Part shown: piece by piece, positions 43,601 to 53,835 of the stretch
Layout of the letters: every line of letters starts with the position of its first letter
Numbering within the stretch: the stretch's first letter is position 1
Source: Emiliania huxleyi CCMP1516
Taxonomy: Eukaryota
Direction of reading: 5' to 3'
Length of the DNA stretch: 64,000 nt
Assembly: GCF_000372725.1 (NCBI RefSeq)
Contig: NW_005202428.1
Coordinates: 1,473,331 to 1,537,330, forward strand
Program-made: the position numbers and the translations under genes
Notes under the pieces: generated by a model
What the model was told of the DNA's origin: nothing
What the model saw: the letters and a program-made list of their open reading frames with translations, nothing else
Databases searched by the model: none

Positions 43601-46600
43601 GCCAGGCGCCAGCGAGGCGCTCGCCCCTCCTCCCGCCGCGGCAGTGCCGCCGCTCAGGTTTGTCCTCGAGCGGATCCTCCCCGCCGCACGCGCCGACGCG
43701 TCGTTGCCCTCGCTGCGGCTGCGGTTGCGGGTCGTCTCGCTGCTCACCTCGCTGCTCGACCATGCGGGCGCGGCGGCGGCGGCGACCGACCTTGCTGCGG
43801 CCGACTTGGACCCCATGCACGATGGCGGCGGCGGCGGTGACGACGCTCAGCTCGCCAGATTCCTCTGCGGGAGCGGTTCCGTCCTCGAGCTCGTCCTCGA
43901 TACGCTGCGCAGTGCGACGGGCGAGTGGGAGCGCCAGCGCCAGCGGCGCGGCCTCACAGCTGCTGCAGCGCACTCTTCGGCGGCGGACTTGGAGGCGGTG
44001 CGCGCCGAGCTCTGCCCAGCCGTGCTCGGGTTGCTGCTGCGGCTCCTTTGCGCAGCGCACGTGGTGCCGGGCACCGCTGGCCCGTTCCACGCCGCACTGC
44101 TCCGGACGGCGGAGCCGGCTGGCGGCGGCGTTCCGGCCGCTGGCACGCCGAGCCAGAAGGGCGGGGCGGGGCGTGGCGGCGAGGCGCCCCAAGGGCTTTT
44201 GCGGTGGCTCGCGCTCTGCCTCATGCTCGAGCCCGAGGGCGCCGCAGAGACGGAGGGCGACCAAGGCGACGGAGCCGCCGACGACCGAGGAGGGTTGCCA
44301 ATGGGTGTGCTTGCCGCGCGCTGCCTGGCGCTGTTGTGCCACGCTGCGTCCCGCGACCGGCTCGCCGCGCGCGCCGCATCGCAGCTGCTCGACCTCGCCC
44401 CGGCGATCTCGACCCGGCTGTGCGCGTGGCTTGCCCGCGCGCAGGAGGCTGCCGAGGGAGGCGGCACCACCGCCGACGGCACGCCCCTCGCAGCGGTCGC
44501 GGGCCACGCGGCGGCGGCGGCGGAGCTGCTGGGTGCTTCGGCCCAGGCGCAGCCGGAGCTGTTTGCGGCGCTCTGCCGCGGCCCCTTCCGCGCGGGCGAG
44601 ACGGTGCGCGTGGGCTGCCACGTGGCGGTGCCCGACGGCGGTTGGGGCCTCGCGCGCCCCGGCGACACAGCGACGGTCATCGAGTACGCGCGCGGCGGAG
44701 GTGTGACGCTCAACTTTAGCTCGCACGAGGCGTGGTACTGCGGCCGCCCCGAGCAGCTCGAGCTGTGCGCGCCGGCGCCGAGCACCATGTCGAGCGCATG
44801 GGTCGTGTGGGCAGACCTCAAGGACGAGATCAAGTCTGTCTCCGACAAGAAGAATGCTGGGAAGAAGAAGGCGGCCGACGGCTCCGCCGCGCAGGACGCG
44901 TCGGCCGCACGCGCCGCAGCGCCGGCGGGCCCGCTTGCTCTCCTGCGGGAGGTTCTCGAGGCGCCGGGCGGTGCGGGTGCCTCCGGCGAGGCGCCTCCAA
45001 GCCTCGCGCTGCTCCGGCTGCAGCTGCTGGCGCTCGGCGTGCTGCGCGTGGTGTGGGAGAGGCCGGCGGTGCTCGCGGCGCACAGCCGGCAGCTGCGCGC
45101 GGGCGACGCATTCTGGGCCTGCTTGGCGAGCCTCGTCAAGGCGGCGCCGCCGCCCGACGGCACGGAGGAGGACAGTCCCGACGCCACCGCCGCGGGCCTT
45201 TTGTGGCTACGCTCGGCGCTCGCCCTCTCGCTTGTCAGCCAGGAGCTGCTGCGGAGCCCTCCGCCGCAGCCGACGCAGGTCGGCTGCAGCCTCGAGCCGC
45301 TGGCGCGCTGGATCGAGAGCTCTCCGCAGTCCCTCGCCGCGCTCGTCGTCTCGCCGCCCCGCGAAGAGGCCGCCGCGCACGCGGCGGAGCTGCGGGCCGC
45401 CGCCGCCGCCCTGAGTTGCGAGGTGCCTCGCGGCCTCGAGGGCGGAGCTCAGCCGCTGCTCGTCGACTGCGGGCGCCTTCCGGACAGCGCCGGCCGCACG
45501 CTCTTCCGGCTGGGCCTCTCCCTGCCCGACGACTTGCCCGGGCTGCTGCCGCTTTGGGCAGGGGGCGATGAGCTGCCGCTGCTGCCGCGGCTGCGATTTG
45601 CCGACGTCGAGGCGTTGCAGGTGCGGGTGTGGCGGCTCCATGAGCGCGTCGCGCAACGACGCGGCGCCGCACGCGCCGGCGGCGGAATGGACGGTGGCAG
45701 CCACACTCAACAGGAGGGTCGGGCCCGCGGCATCCCGTTGAGCGGGGCTGGTCTCGCTTCATAGGCCGGATCGCCGAGGAGGAGCTGCTCGCGCTGCGGG
45801 AGGCGGAGGGGAGGCTCCACGAGGACCTCGGCGCGGGGATGTTGCTGCAGCTCGAGCGGATGTCTGCCGGCAGGCCACCGCTCTCGCAGCGCGCCGTGCA
45901 CAGTGGGCAGGCTGGACTGACCGCCGATGCGGCGGCCGCGCACCGGCGTTTGCTCGCCGCGGCTGCCGCCTCAAACGTCGCGATGTTGCGCCGCGAGTCG
46001 CACCGCGCGCTCGTGCGCCAGTGGAGGCTGGTGCTCGCGCTGCTGCAGCAGCCCGCGCGTTTGCCTCCTCGCTCCGCCAGCGCCACTCTCGACAAGGCGA
46101 CCGCGCCCAGCTGGCTGTCGGTGCCCACCGACGCGGCGCCGCTCGACGGTCAGCTGACGAAGCGCACCGCGCAGCTCGGCCGACAGCAGCACGGCTGGGC
46201 AGACGAGTGCGACGGCGCCATGCTCCTCCTCCGCCACGCGCGGCTGCTGCGCGCCGTGGCGATGGCGCTCGAGCAGCAGGTGGTCGCCCTCCGCGGAGGC
46301 GCAGCGTTCCTCTGGGAGGCGGCAGACCTGATGCCGCTACCTCGCAGTATGGACGAAGCAGCGGCGGCCACCGGCGCCGGCGGGGTGGCTCTTAGCGAGA
46401 GCTCGCCGCCGAAGCGGCCACGGCACGGCGCGGAGGACGCGCGCCGCGGTGCGGCGCTGTGTGCGCTGCTCGACGACGGCGGCGGGCGGCGTAAGCAGGC
46501 GGGAGCCGTCGCCAAGCTGGTCGATCACTTGTGCAGGAAGATGGAAGAGGTCGAGCGCACGCCCGGCGCTGTGCAGGCGGCCAAGGCGCCCCTCGCCGCG

Positions 46601-49600
46601 ACGCTAGCGCCTGCAAAGGCGGCGCTCAAAGAGCGGCAGCTACTGCTCCGCCGGCGCGTCGCATCACAGCACGGTCTGCCGCTCCCGACTACTGCTGCGG
46701 GCGCGCCTGCCACCGGCGTCGATGCCGAGGCAGACGCCGCCGCCGTCGCTTTGCTCGTCGAGGCGGACGGCGAGGCGAGCAGCGTGCGTGCGCTCGCTTC
46801 TGAGCTGGAGGCGGCTGGCTGCGCCGTCTTCGGCCTCGCGACGCCAGCCGACGCCGAGGCGATCGACGCCGAGGCGCACGCGCGGCGGGTCGGGAGTCTG
46901 CTCGACGCTTCCGTGGCGCCGCAGCCGCAGATGGCGCCGTCGTCCCCCGCGCTCAAGCCGCTCGGCGCACAGCCCCACGGCAGCGGCGGTGGCGGTGCCG
47001 CACAGCTCCTCGCGCGCTTGTCGCCTCCACCAGCGCCCGTGACCGGCGGCGCCACCGCAGCTTCGGCGGGGCTGGACGCTTCGGCGCGCCGACGGCTGCT
47101 AGACGCGTCCGTGACGCAGCTGACCGAGGCCAAGGCGGGGCTCGCCCAGCAAGGGGCAGCGCTCCGCGCCGTGCGTGCAGCGGGCGAGGCGCGGGGTGCC
47201 TCGCGGCGTGATGCGTCGCACGCGAGCGCGGGCTTGCTGCGCAAGATCTTGCTCGCCCTCAAGGCTGGCGAGCCGGCGGAGGAGCGACACGGCGGCGGGG
47301 GAGCGCGCGCGGGTTGCGGCGAGGTGCTGTCGCTGCTGAGGGCGCGTGCGGAAGCGGAGAGCGCCGCCGCCGCCACGGCGACCGCAGGGGGCGCACGCGA
47401 GGGGAGCCAGGCGACCGCGCGAGCCGTGGGTCGGCGAGGTGTGCACAGCGCCTCGTCACATCTCCAGTTTGGAATAGGCCGCCGCACAAGCCGTCGGCGA
47501 GCAGTTTGCGGAGGCGGCCGAAGCCCTCTCAGCTGCCCATCGGCTGGTTGGGGAGGCGCAGCGCCACCGCGCGGCCGCGGCGGGGCTGTGGCTCCGCCAC
47601 GACGCTTGTGGCGCGGTGGCGGAGCTGCTCCAGTTCCCCGCATCCGACGACGTGCGCGCACGCGAGCTGGCGGCGCGGTTGGTGGCTGCGGCGGCCAAGC
47701 TCGAGGGCGGCACGGCAGCGAGCTCTGAGACGAGCGCGCCACTCGACGCCGCGCGGCGCGTCGTCGAGGTGCTTCTGCGCATCGAGGAGAAGGGCGAGGA
47801 GGGAGGCGATCCGCTATTGCCGGCCGGCGCCGTTTCTTCTGCCGTGGCTGTGTTCGGCGCGCCGGTGGCCGGCAAGGCCACCAGCGGCGGCGGCGATGGC
47901 CCGTCTGAGACGCTGCTGCGTCGCGAGGCGGAGGTGCAGGAGGTGCTTGCCGTGCTCGCACTCGCGCGGCATCACGAAGTCAGCTCGGACCGGCCAAAGC
48001 CGGCGGCGGCCGCGGCGGCGGCCGCCGCACCGGCCGCGTCAAAGGTGATGGTGCGCATGGTGGACGAGCCTCCGAGCCGGTCGTACCTCGTCTCGAGCGG
48101 AGAGACCCACTCGCTGCTGCGCCCGAACGGCTGGTTCTACGATGACGCGCGGCCCTTGCGTCGCGCGCCGACCGCCCTGTGCTTGCTCCTCTGGCCACGC
48201 CAGGCGGTCCCCGTCCACGCGGCGCTGCAGCCGGGCGTGTTGGGCGCGATGCGCGCCCTCGCGCTCGCGCTTGCGGCGCAGCTCGAGCGGCGGGCACCAG
48301 CAGCCTCGACGGCGGAGGCTAGCAGCGGCTGGAGCGAGGGCGGGGCGATGCTTCTCAGCCTTGTCGAGGCGGACGCGAGCACCGCGGCGGAGGCGGCGGC
48401 GCTCGACGCGGCCGCATTGCCTCTGACGGAGCGGGGCGCGCTCACCTCGCATGTCGTGCGCGTGGTGCTTGCCGCGCCAGCCACGCAGGGCATCGCATTC
48501 GCGCCGCTACTCTCGTGCTTGCTGCTGCTGCTCCGCCCACCGCCCGACGGCACCTCCTCTGCCGGCGAGGCCGCGCCGCCCGAGCTGGCGGCGCTCGCGC
48601 AGCGGTTGGTCGTCGGCCTCGTCGCTTCGTTGCCCGTCGACGTTGCCGAATCGGCAAGGGGCGAGGTGAGTAGCGACTCGGCCCCCACCACTGCTGAGCT
48701 GCAGCTGTCGCTCCTCGCGGCGCTGTTGCCGCTCCTGCCTCCGCAGACGGGCCTCGGGCACGGCGAGAGGGGCGACGAGCTTCACGGGCTCGAGCACGCG
48801 CTCCTCTCGGCGTTACGCCCCGCTGCCGGCCTGGCAGTGCCACGCGTCACGAGCGCGGCGCTCGCCGCTCTCCTCCCGCTCTGCAGCGCCCCCACCGCGG
48901 CCGAGGCGTTGCTCGGCGCTGGGTTGCTGTCGAGGCTGGCCGTCCTCGTACCGAGACACGCCGAGAGCGCGGGGCATTGCCGGCCAGGGTACGATGCCGC
49001 GGGGGAGCGCTCACCGATGCACGCTTGCTGGTGCTCTGCCCTGATGATCGCCTCCGCGGCGCTCGCCGCGCTGCCCCAGGCGGTCGCTTGCGCGTGGCTC
49101 CCTCAAGCGGCGGAGTTTGCTTACGCTTTTGGAGGGCGGCTCGGCGCGGCCATCGCCGGAGAGCACACGTCTCTCGCGGGTGTGCTCGAGCAGCGTGCAG
49201 CACTGCGCTTCTTCGCGCAGATTCGACGCATCGGCGGGTTGGAGGTGCGCCGGAGGGGAGGGCGGGGGGGCGCGCGCGCGCGCGGCGGGGGGGGGGGGCT
49301 CGGGACAGCCCTTGAGGGCGTCACCCGATGGGCGTGCTGCACTGCCGCAGGTGCCTCGGCTCAATCTGTGGGACAGCCTCACGGGCGGCCTCAACTCTCT
49401 CTCGCGGGCCGTGCTGCTCTCACCTGCAGCGCTGCAGGCTGCGATGCCGCCGGTCAGCCGGTCTGAGCGCGCGCGGGGCGCACGCAGCGCCGGCGGGGCG
49501 CCAGTTCCGCACGCGCTGACGCCGCGCCCCAACGACGGGGACGCCACGATGGCGGACGTGGCGATGGACTACGGGGGTGCAGGCGGGGCGGAGAGCAGTG

Positions 49601-50177
49601 GCAACAACGCCTCCATGTCTGACACGCTCTACTCGGCAGAGTTGCGCGGCGTGCTCGAGGGCAGCCTGAGCTCGCTGCTCCCCGTGCTGCCGCTCCCGCT
49701 GGCGCGGCACGAGGCGATCGAAGGCGCATTCAAACCCAGTGGCCCTCGTCACTTCCAGCGTATCGACTCTCACCCACGGGAGGTGCCGCTCTAGGCGCCT
49801 TGATTGCTTGCGTCCACGCGCTCCGCCTCGCCACTTGCGCCCGCGCCGCACACGGGCCCGGGCGTGGTCCGCTCGAGGCCGCGGCGAAGCAGTGCCTCGC
49901 GCTCACTGCGGCCCGCGAGATTTCGGAAAAGCTCGAGGGCCGCTCTCACTTGCGAGCGGCCCTCGACGGCGCCGCCGCACGCGGGCAAGATGAGAACGAG
50001 TTGCGGCGGCGAATGGGCGAGCACACGGCGGCGCTCTTCGACCTCCCCGACCAGCTCCTCGCCTGGGTCGCTTCCGTGTCTGGCGAGCCGGCCGACCGCG
50101 AGACGCTCCAGCGGCTCGGCGACTACGTCTTTGAGACGCTACGCCCGTGCGCCCTGCACGCTGCCAAGAGCGGCTGA
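40679..50177 (+). CDS. NUP188: Nucleoporin Nup188-like scaffold protein, large multi-exon gene spanning an assembly gap
   Basis: Long Leu/Ala helical ORFs with motifs in the order I recall for Nup188: HEQRCLLLRCVQQLL, ERCELLELL, LRLPAGATGERLGGGLVTWS (SH3-like insert), SAQAQPELFAAL, VVWE...LRAGDAFWACL, GYDAAGERSPMHACWCSAL. Assignment is by recalled motifs, not by search. Confidence 0.72.
41545..41684. repeat. Intronic 11-nt tandem repeat (ccagacccctc)n
   Basis: Directly visible array inside NUP188 intron 41508-41746. Confidence 0.95.
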
Positions 50178-50932
50178 GGGGCGGGGAGGAGCATGGAGTG
50201 GAGTGGGACCAGCTGCGGATAAAGAGGTCATCAGACTTTGAGCTCCCTCTAGCGCCTCTCTCTTGCGGATTAGAGTAGTTGGCATGATGAACTTGCGGCT
50301 GCCCGTTGGGGCGGGCGCGAAGCAGCTCTTAAGAGCGTGCCAGTACGGTAATCGGTAATCCATGTTCTTGACCATTGAGCAATGAACACGACCGGTTGTA
50401 TCTCTTGACACCGCCCCAAGCGCCCCACACTCTGCACTGCCGCCACTGTTAGAGCCGTATGTGTGTACGGCGGCGGTCTTCTTCTCTCTCTACGTCAGTC
50501 GTGTCGAGCGCTACACAACCCACGCGGGCGGGGGGGGGCGTGTGAGCCTCTGTGAGGCGTGACCGTCGGTGAGCGATCAGTCAGGCAGCAAGCGGTCAGC
50601 GTTACACAGCGTGCGAGAGAGAGAAAACACTTCGGCGAGACTTCGTTGAACACATAGCGCGGTAACCGAAACACGCGCGAAGAAAGTACTATATTGTTGA
50701 TGTTGTACAGAGAGCACACTGTCGAGGTACGTATCTCTCACACCAATTTCAGCGCCCGTCTCCAGGCGCTGACACTGACACACTCTCTATCCCGCACTCA
50801 GACACCCAGGCACTCTCAGGTCTCAGCACCGACATATCGTTCCGCGCGCACACGTTGGTGTTGTTGCTCCTACTCTCACCTAACTGAATTCTATTGAAGC
50901 TCCGCGGCAAGCTTCGCCACCCAGTGTACATC

Positions 50933-51511
50933 CTACGAGCGACGGCCCCAGCCTTCGTCTTGGCCAGCAAAATTGCCACCGGGACGATCAGACGGGCCGC
51001 CGTAGCGGTAGCCTCCGTACTGGTAGGCACCATACCCAGCGCCCTTGCCTCCCCAGCCCGCTCCCTTGCCTCCCCAGCCCGCACCCTTGCCTCCCCAGCC
51101 CGCACCCTTGCCTCCCTGTTGGCTCGGCACCCACACCCACGAGCCGCCAGCCCCCTTCCCAGGCCGTTGAGGCCTGCTCCAGCCGCTTTCAGGCTGTCCC
51201 CAATCCGAGCTTCCGCCCCAGCTCTCGTGCTGCCCCCAGTCGGCGGCTTGCTGTGCCGCGGGAGCGTCGGCTCCTGTCATGGCATCCGCCACTTCCCCAG
51301 CCTTATCCTGCACAATGGCCTCCGCACCTTGCTGATCGCCCATCATGTATTGCATGCCGGCCATCAGGATCTTGCCATCGCCGAGTCTCTTCTCCTCAGG
51401 TGCAGCAGTGGAACCGGCAGTAGTGGCAGCAGGATCCACAGGCGCCGCGTTTGCGACCCAGATGATTGTCGCCCAGATGACCGCCGCTGGTAGAAAGTCC
51501 CGCTGACGCAT
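50933..51511 (-). CDS. 192-aa secreted Gly/Trp-rich protein with a PEEKR motif and GGKGAGW repeats
   Basis: Signal-like MRQRDFLPAAVIWATIIWVANA|APVDP, then TAAPEEKR|LGDGKILMAG. A 21-nt tandem repeat at about 51041-51115 encodes GGKGAGW. Ends DEGWGRRS*. Confidence 0.8.
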   Translation of the reverse strand: MRQRDFLPAAVIWATIIWVANAAPVDPAATTAGSTAAPEEKRLGDGKILMAGMQYMMGDQQGAEAIVQDKAGEVADAMTGADAPAAQQAADWGQHESWGGSSDWGQPESGWSRPQRPGKGAGGSWVWVPSQQGGKGAGWGGKGAGWGGKGAGWGGKGAGYGAYQYGGYRYGGPSDRPGGNFAGQDEGWGRRS

Positions 51512-52147
51512 GGTGCAGTCGCGCCCTCCAGCGCCTTGCTTGAGGAGCAGGAAGGATTAAAAGAAGAAAAAGCGGCGCCGAACTCACAAATTTTCTTTTA
51601 TCTCTTGCCTTCTGTGTGTGGTCACTCACACACACACTCACTCACACTCACTCACACTCTTGCCTTCTGTGTCGTCGGGGTGTGAGGAGGGATTGAAGAT
51701 CCCTCGCCAAGATCGTGCAGGGCGGGGACTCATCTTAATTCCCATCTCGTCTCAGGGTTTGACTATTTAGTTATTCCCCTCCTCTAAACAACCAATCTCA
51801 ACAAACAGCAAATCTCTCTCGCGTCGTGTGCAGAGAGAGATCTCTCTCTATCTCTCTAGAGAGAGATCTCTCTCTTCTTGTGCAGTGCTGGCTGCTTGCT
51901 AGAGACGCGAATACAAAGAGAAGGACGGTGGGGGGGGGAGGCGTAGAGAAACGCGTAGGGTATCGAAACGATGCACGTTAACAATCATGGAGAATAAGCC
52001 ACATACCGGAGCTCCCGCCAAGGAGCAGTCGAGCGCGCTCTAGGGCGTGGACCCTCTGGGACGCGTCCCTCCTTCACCTCCTCAAGTCACGCAAAGGACC
52101 TGCTCCTCGCCGCCCTCTCTCCCTACCAGCCAGCCAAGCCCAGCCCG

Positions 52148-53491
52148 ATGCTCGCGCTCGCCATCACCTCCGGCCCCGCGGCGCCCGTCCCCACGGCGTC
52201 GGGCGGCGACCCGCTCACCACCGACGCCGGCTTCCTCGGCGGCGCCGTCACCTCGCCGCCCGACGAGCAGCGCGGCCCCGCCTCGTGGACGCAGTTCGCC
52301 GGGATGGGCCTCCTCACGGGGGCAAAGTACACTGCGGCGGGCGTCGAGACGGGGCTCGACTGGATCACGGGCGGCGCCTTCCAGGCGAGCTCCGACTCCG
52401 CCTCCAACACCGGCAACCGCTTCTCCGACCTGAACAAGGACACGTCCTCCGACTTTGGCAACCTGGTGGCCGGCGGGTCGATGGGCCGCCGCAAGCTGGG
52501 GGCGAGCCCGCCGCCGGCCGCCGCGGCGGCGCCGGCGGAGAAGGGCGGCTGGATGCCCTTCGCGCAGCAGGGCGCCGCCACCGGCGCCGGCTTCGCCTCC
52601 CAGGGCGCCGACACTGCCTTCCGCTTCTTCACCGACCCGGACTTCGACTTCCAGAAGGAGGGCGAGGCGTACCAGGCGTCCGGCGCGGCGACGGGCGACG
52701 CGTTCGGCACCCTGTCCGAGGGCATGGCCGGCGCCGCGGCGGCGACGCCGCCCGAGGAGAAGCGGGGCGGCGGCGCGCTCCTCGACGGCGCGCTCCTCAT
52801 GACTGGCCACGACGACCTGCTCGGCATGGAGCTGGCGGAGCAGGGCCACCCGATGCTGGGCCTCGCGGCGATGGAGATGGGCGAGCACCGCGAGGAGCAG
52901 CGCCGCGAGGACGAGTACCGCCGCGACGACCGGTACGAGTACGGCGAGTACGGCCGCGGCGAGCACGGCCGCCACGGCGGCGGCCGCTGGCTGCAGGCGG
53001 CGGAGGGCGCCGAGGCGGCCGAGGCGGTCTCGCCGCCGGCCGCCGCGGCGGCGCCGGCGGAGAAGGGCGGCTGGATGCCCTTCGCGCAGCAGGGCGCCGC
53101 CACCGGCGCCGGCTTCGCCTCCCAGGGCGCCGACACTGCCTTCCGCTTCTTCACCGACCCGGACTTCGACTTCCAGAAGGAGGGCGAGGCGTACCAGGCG
53201 TCCGGCGCGGCGACGGGCGACGCGTTCGGCACCCTATCCGAGGGCATGGCCGGCGCCGCGGCGGCGACGCCGCCTGAGGAGAAGAGGTTCCGCCCCCTGC
53301 TCGACGGCGCGCTCCTGGCGACCGGCCACGACAAGCTGGCGGGCGTCGCCCTCGCCTCGCAGGGCCACCCGGTGCTGGGCCTGGCGGCGATCGAGCACGG
53401 CGAGCGGCGCGAGGAGCAGCGGCGCGAGGAGGAGCGGTACGGGCGCTACGAAGAGCCGGGCCGCCACCACCACATGCTGATGGGCCGCTGA
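52148..53491 (+). CDS. 447-aa modular repeat protein, probable secreted precursor (copy B)
   Basis: Inverted near-identical paralogue of 34495-35838 (about 7 amino-acid differences by eye). Confidence 0.85.
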   Translation: MLALAITSGPAAPVPTASGGDPLTTDAGFLGGAVTSPPDEQRGPASWTQFAGMGLLTGAKYTAAGVETGLDWITGGAFQASSDSASNTGNRFSDLNKDTSSDFGNLVAGGSMGRRKLGASPPPAAAAAPAEKGGWMPFAQQGAATGAGFASQGADTAFRFFTDPDFDFQKEGEAYQASGAATGDAFGTLSEGMAGAAAATPPEEKRGGGALLDGALLMTGHDDLLGMELAEQGHPMLGLAAMEMGEHREEQRREDEYRRDDRYEYGEYGRGEHGRHGGGRWLQAAEGAEAAEAVSPPAAAAAPAEKGGWMPFAQQGAATGAGFASQGADTAFRFFTDPDFDFQKEGEAYQASGAATGDAFGTLSEGMAGAAAATPPEEKRFRPLLDGALLATGHDKLAGVALASQGHPVLGLAAIEHGERREEQRREEERYGRYEEPGRHHHMLMGR

Positions 53492-53835
53492 GCAGCGGGG
53501 CGCGGGCGAGCGGTGGTCTCTGTCCTCGGCCCGACGTGCACGCCGCCGCCCCGTTGGACTCGCGATTTGAACTCCGCTCTCAAGGACGTATTCATCGAGA
53601 ACAGATTCGAAGTCTGACTCTCTCGAGATCATACGATCCCACTGTGTCGTCTATTGGGTGTATCACTAGAGCCTCTTTTGTTCAATAAACTGCGTGATAA
53701 ACTGGAACCAGACACAATAGACACTGAAGTCCTCTCTCACACATATAGTAAAGAGGCCACTTGGCTTGAGAATATTCCTCGATCGGGCCACATCACGATC
53801 AGAGCTCTACTCGAGCGCCACTCGCGGGCCGGATC

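Noticed and set aside
42933..47961. Long minus-strand Arg/Ala-rich ORFs (716, 446, 478 aa)
   Set aside because: Shadow frames of NUP188 exons with no recognisable motifs.
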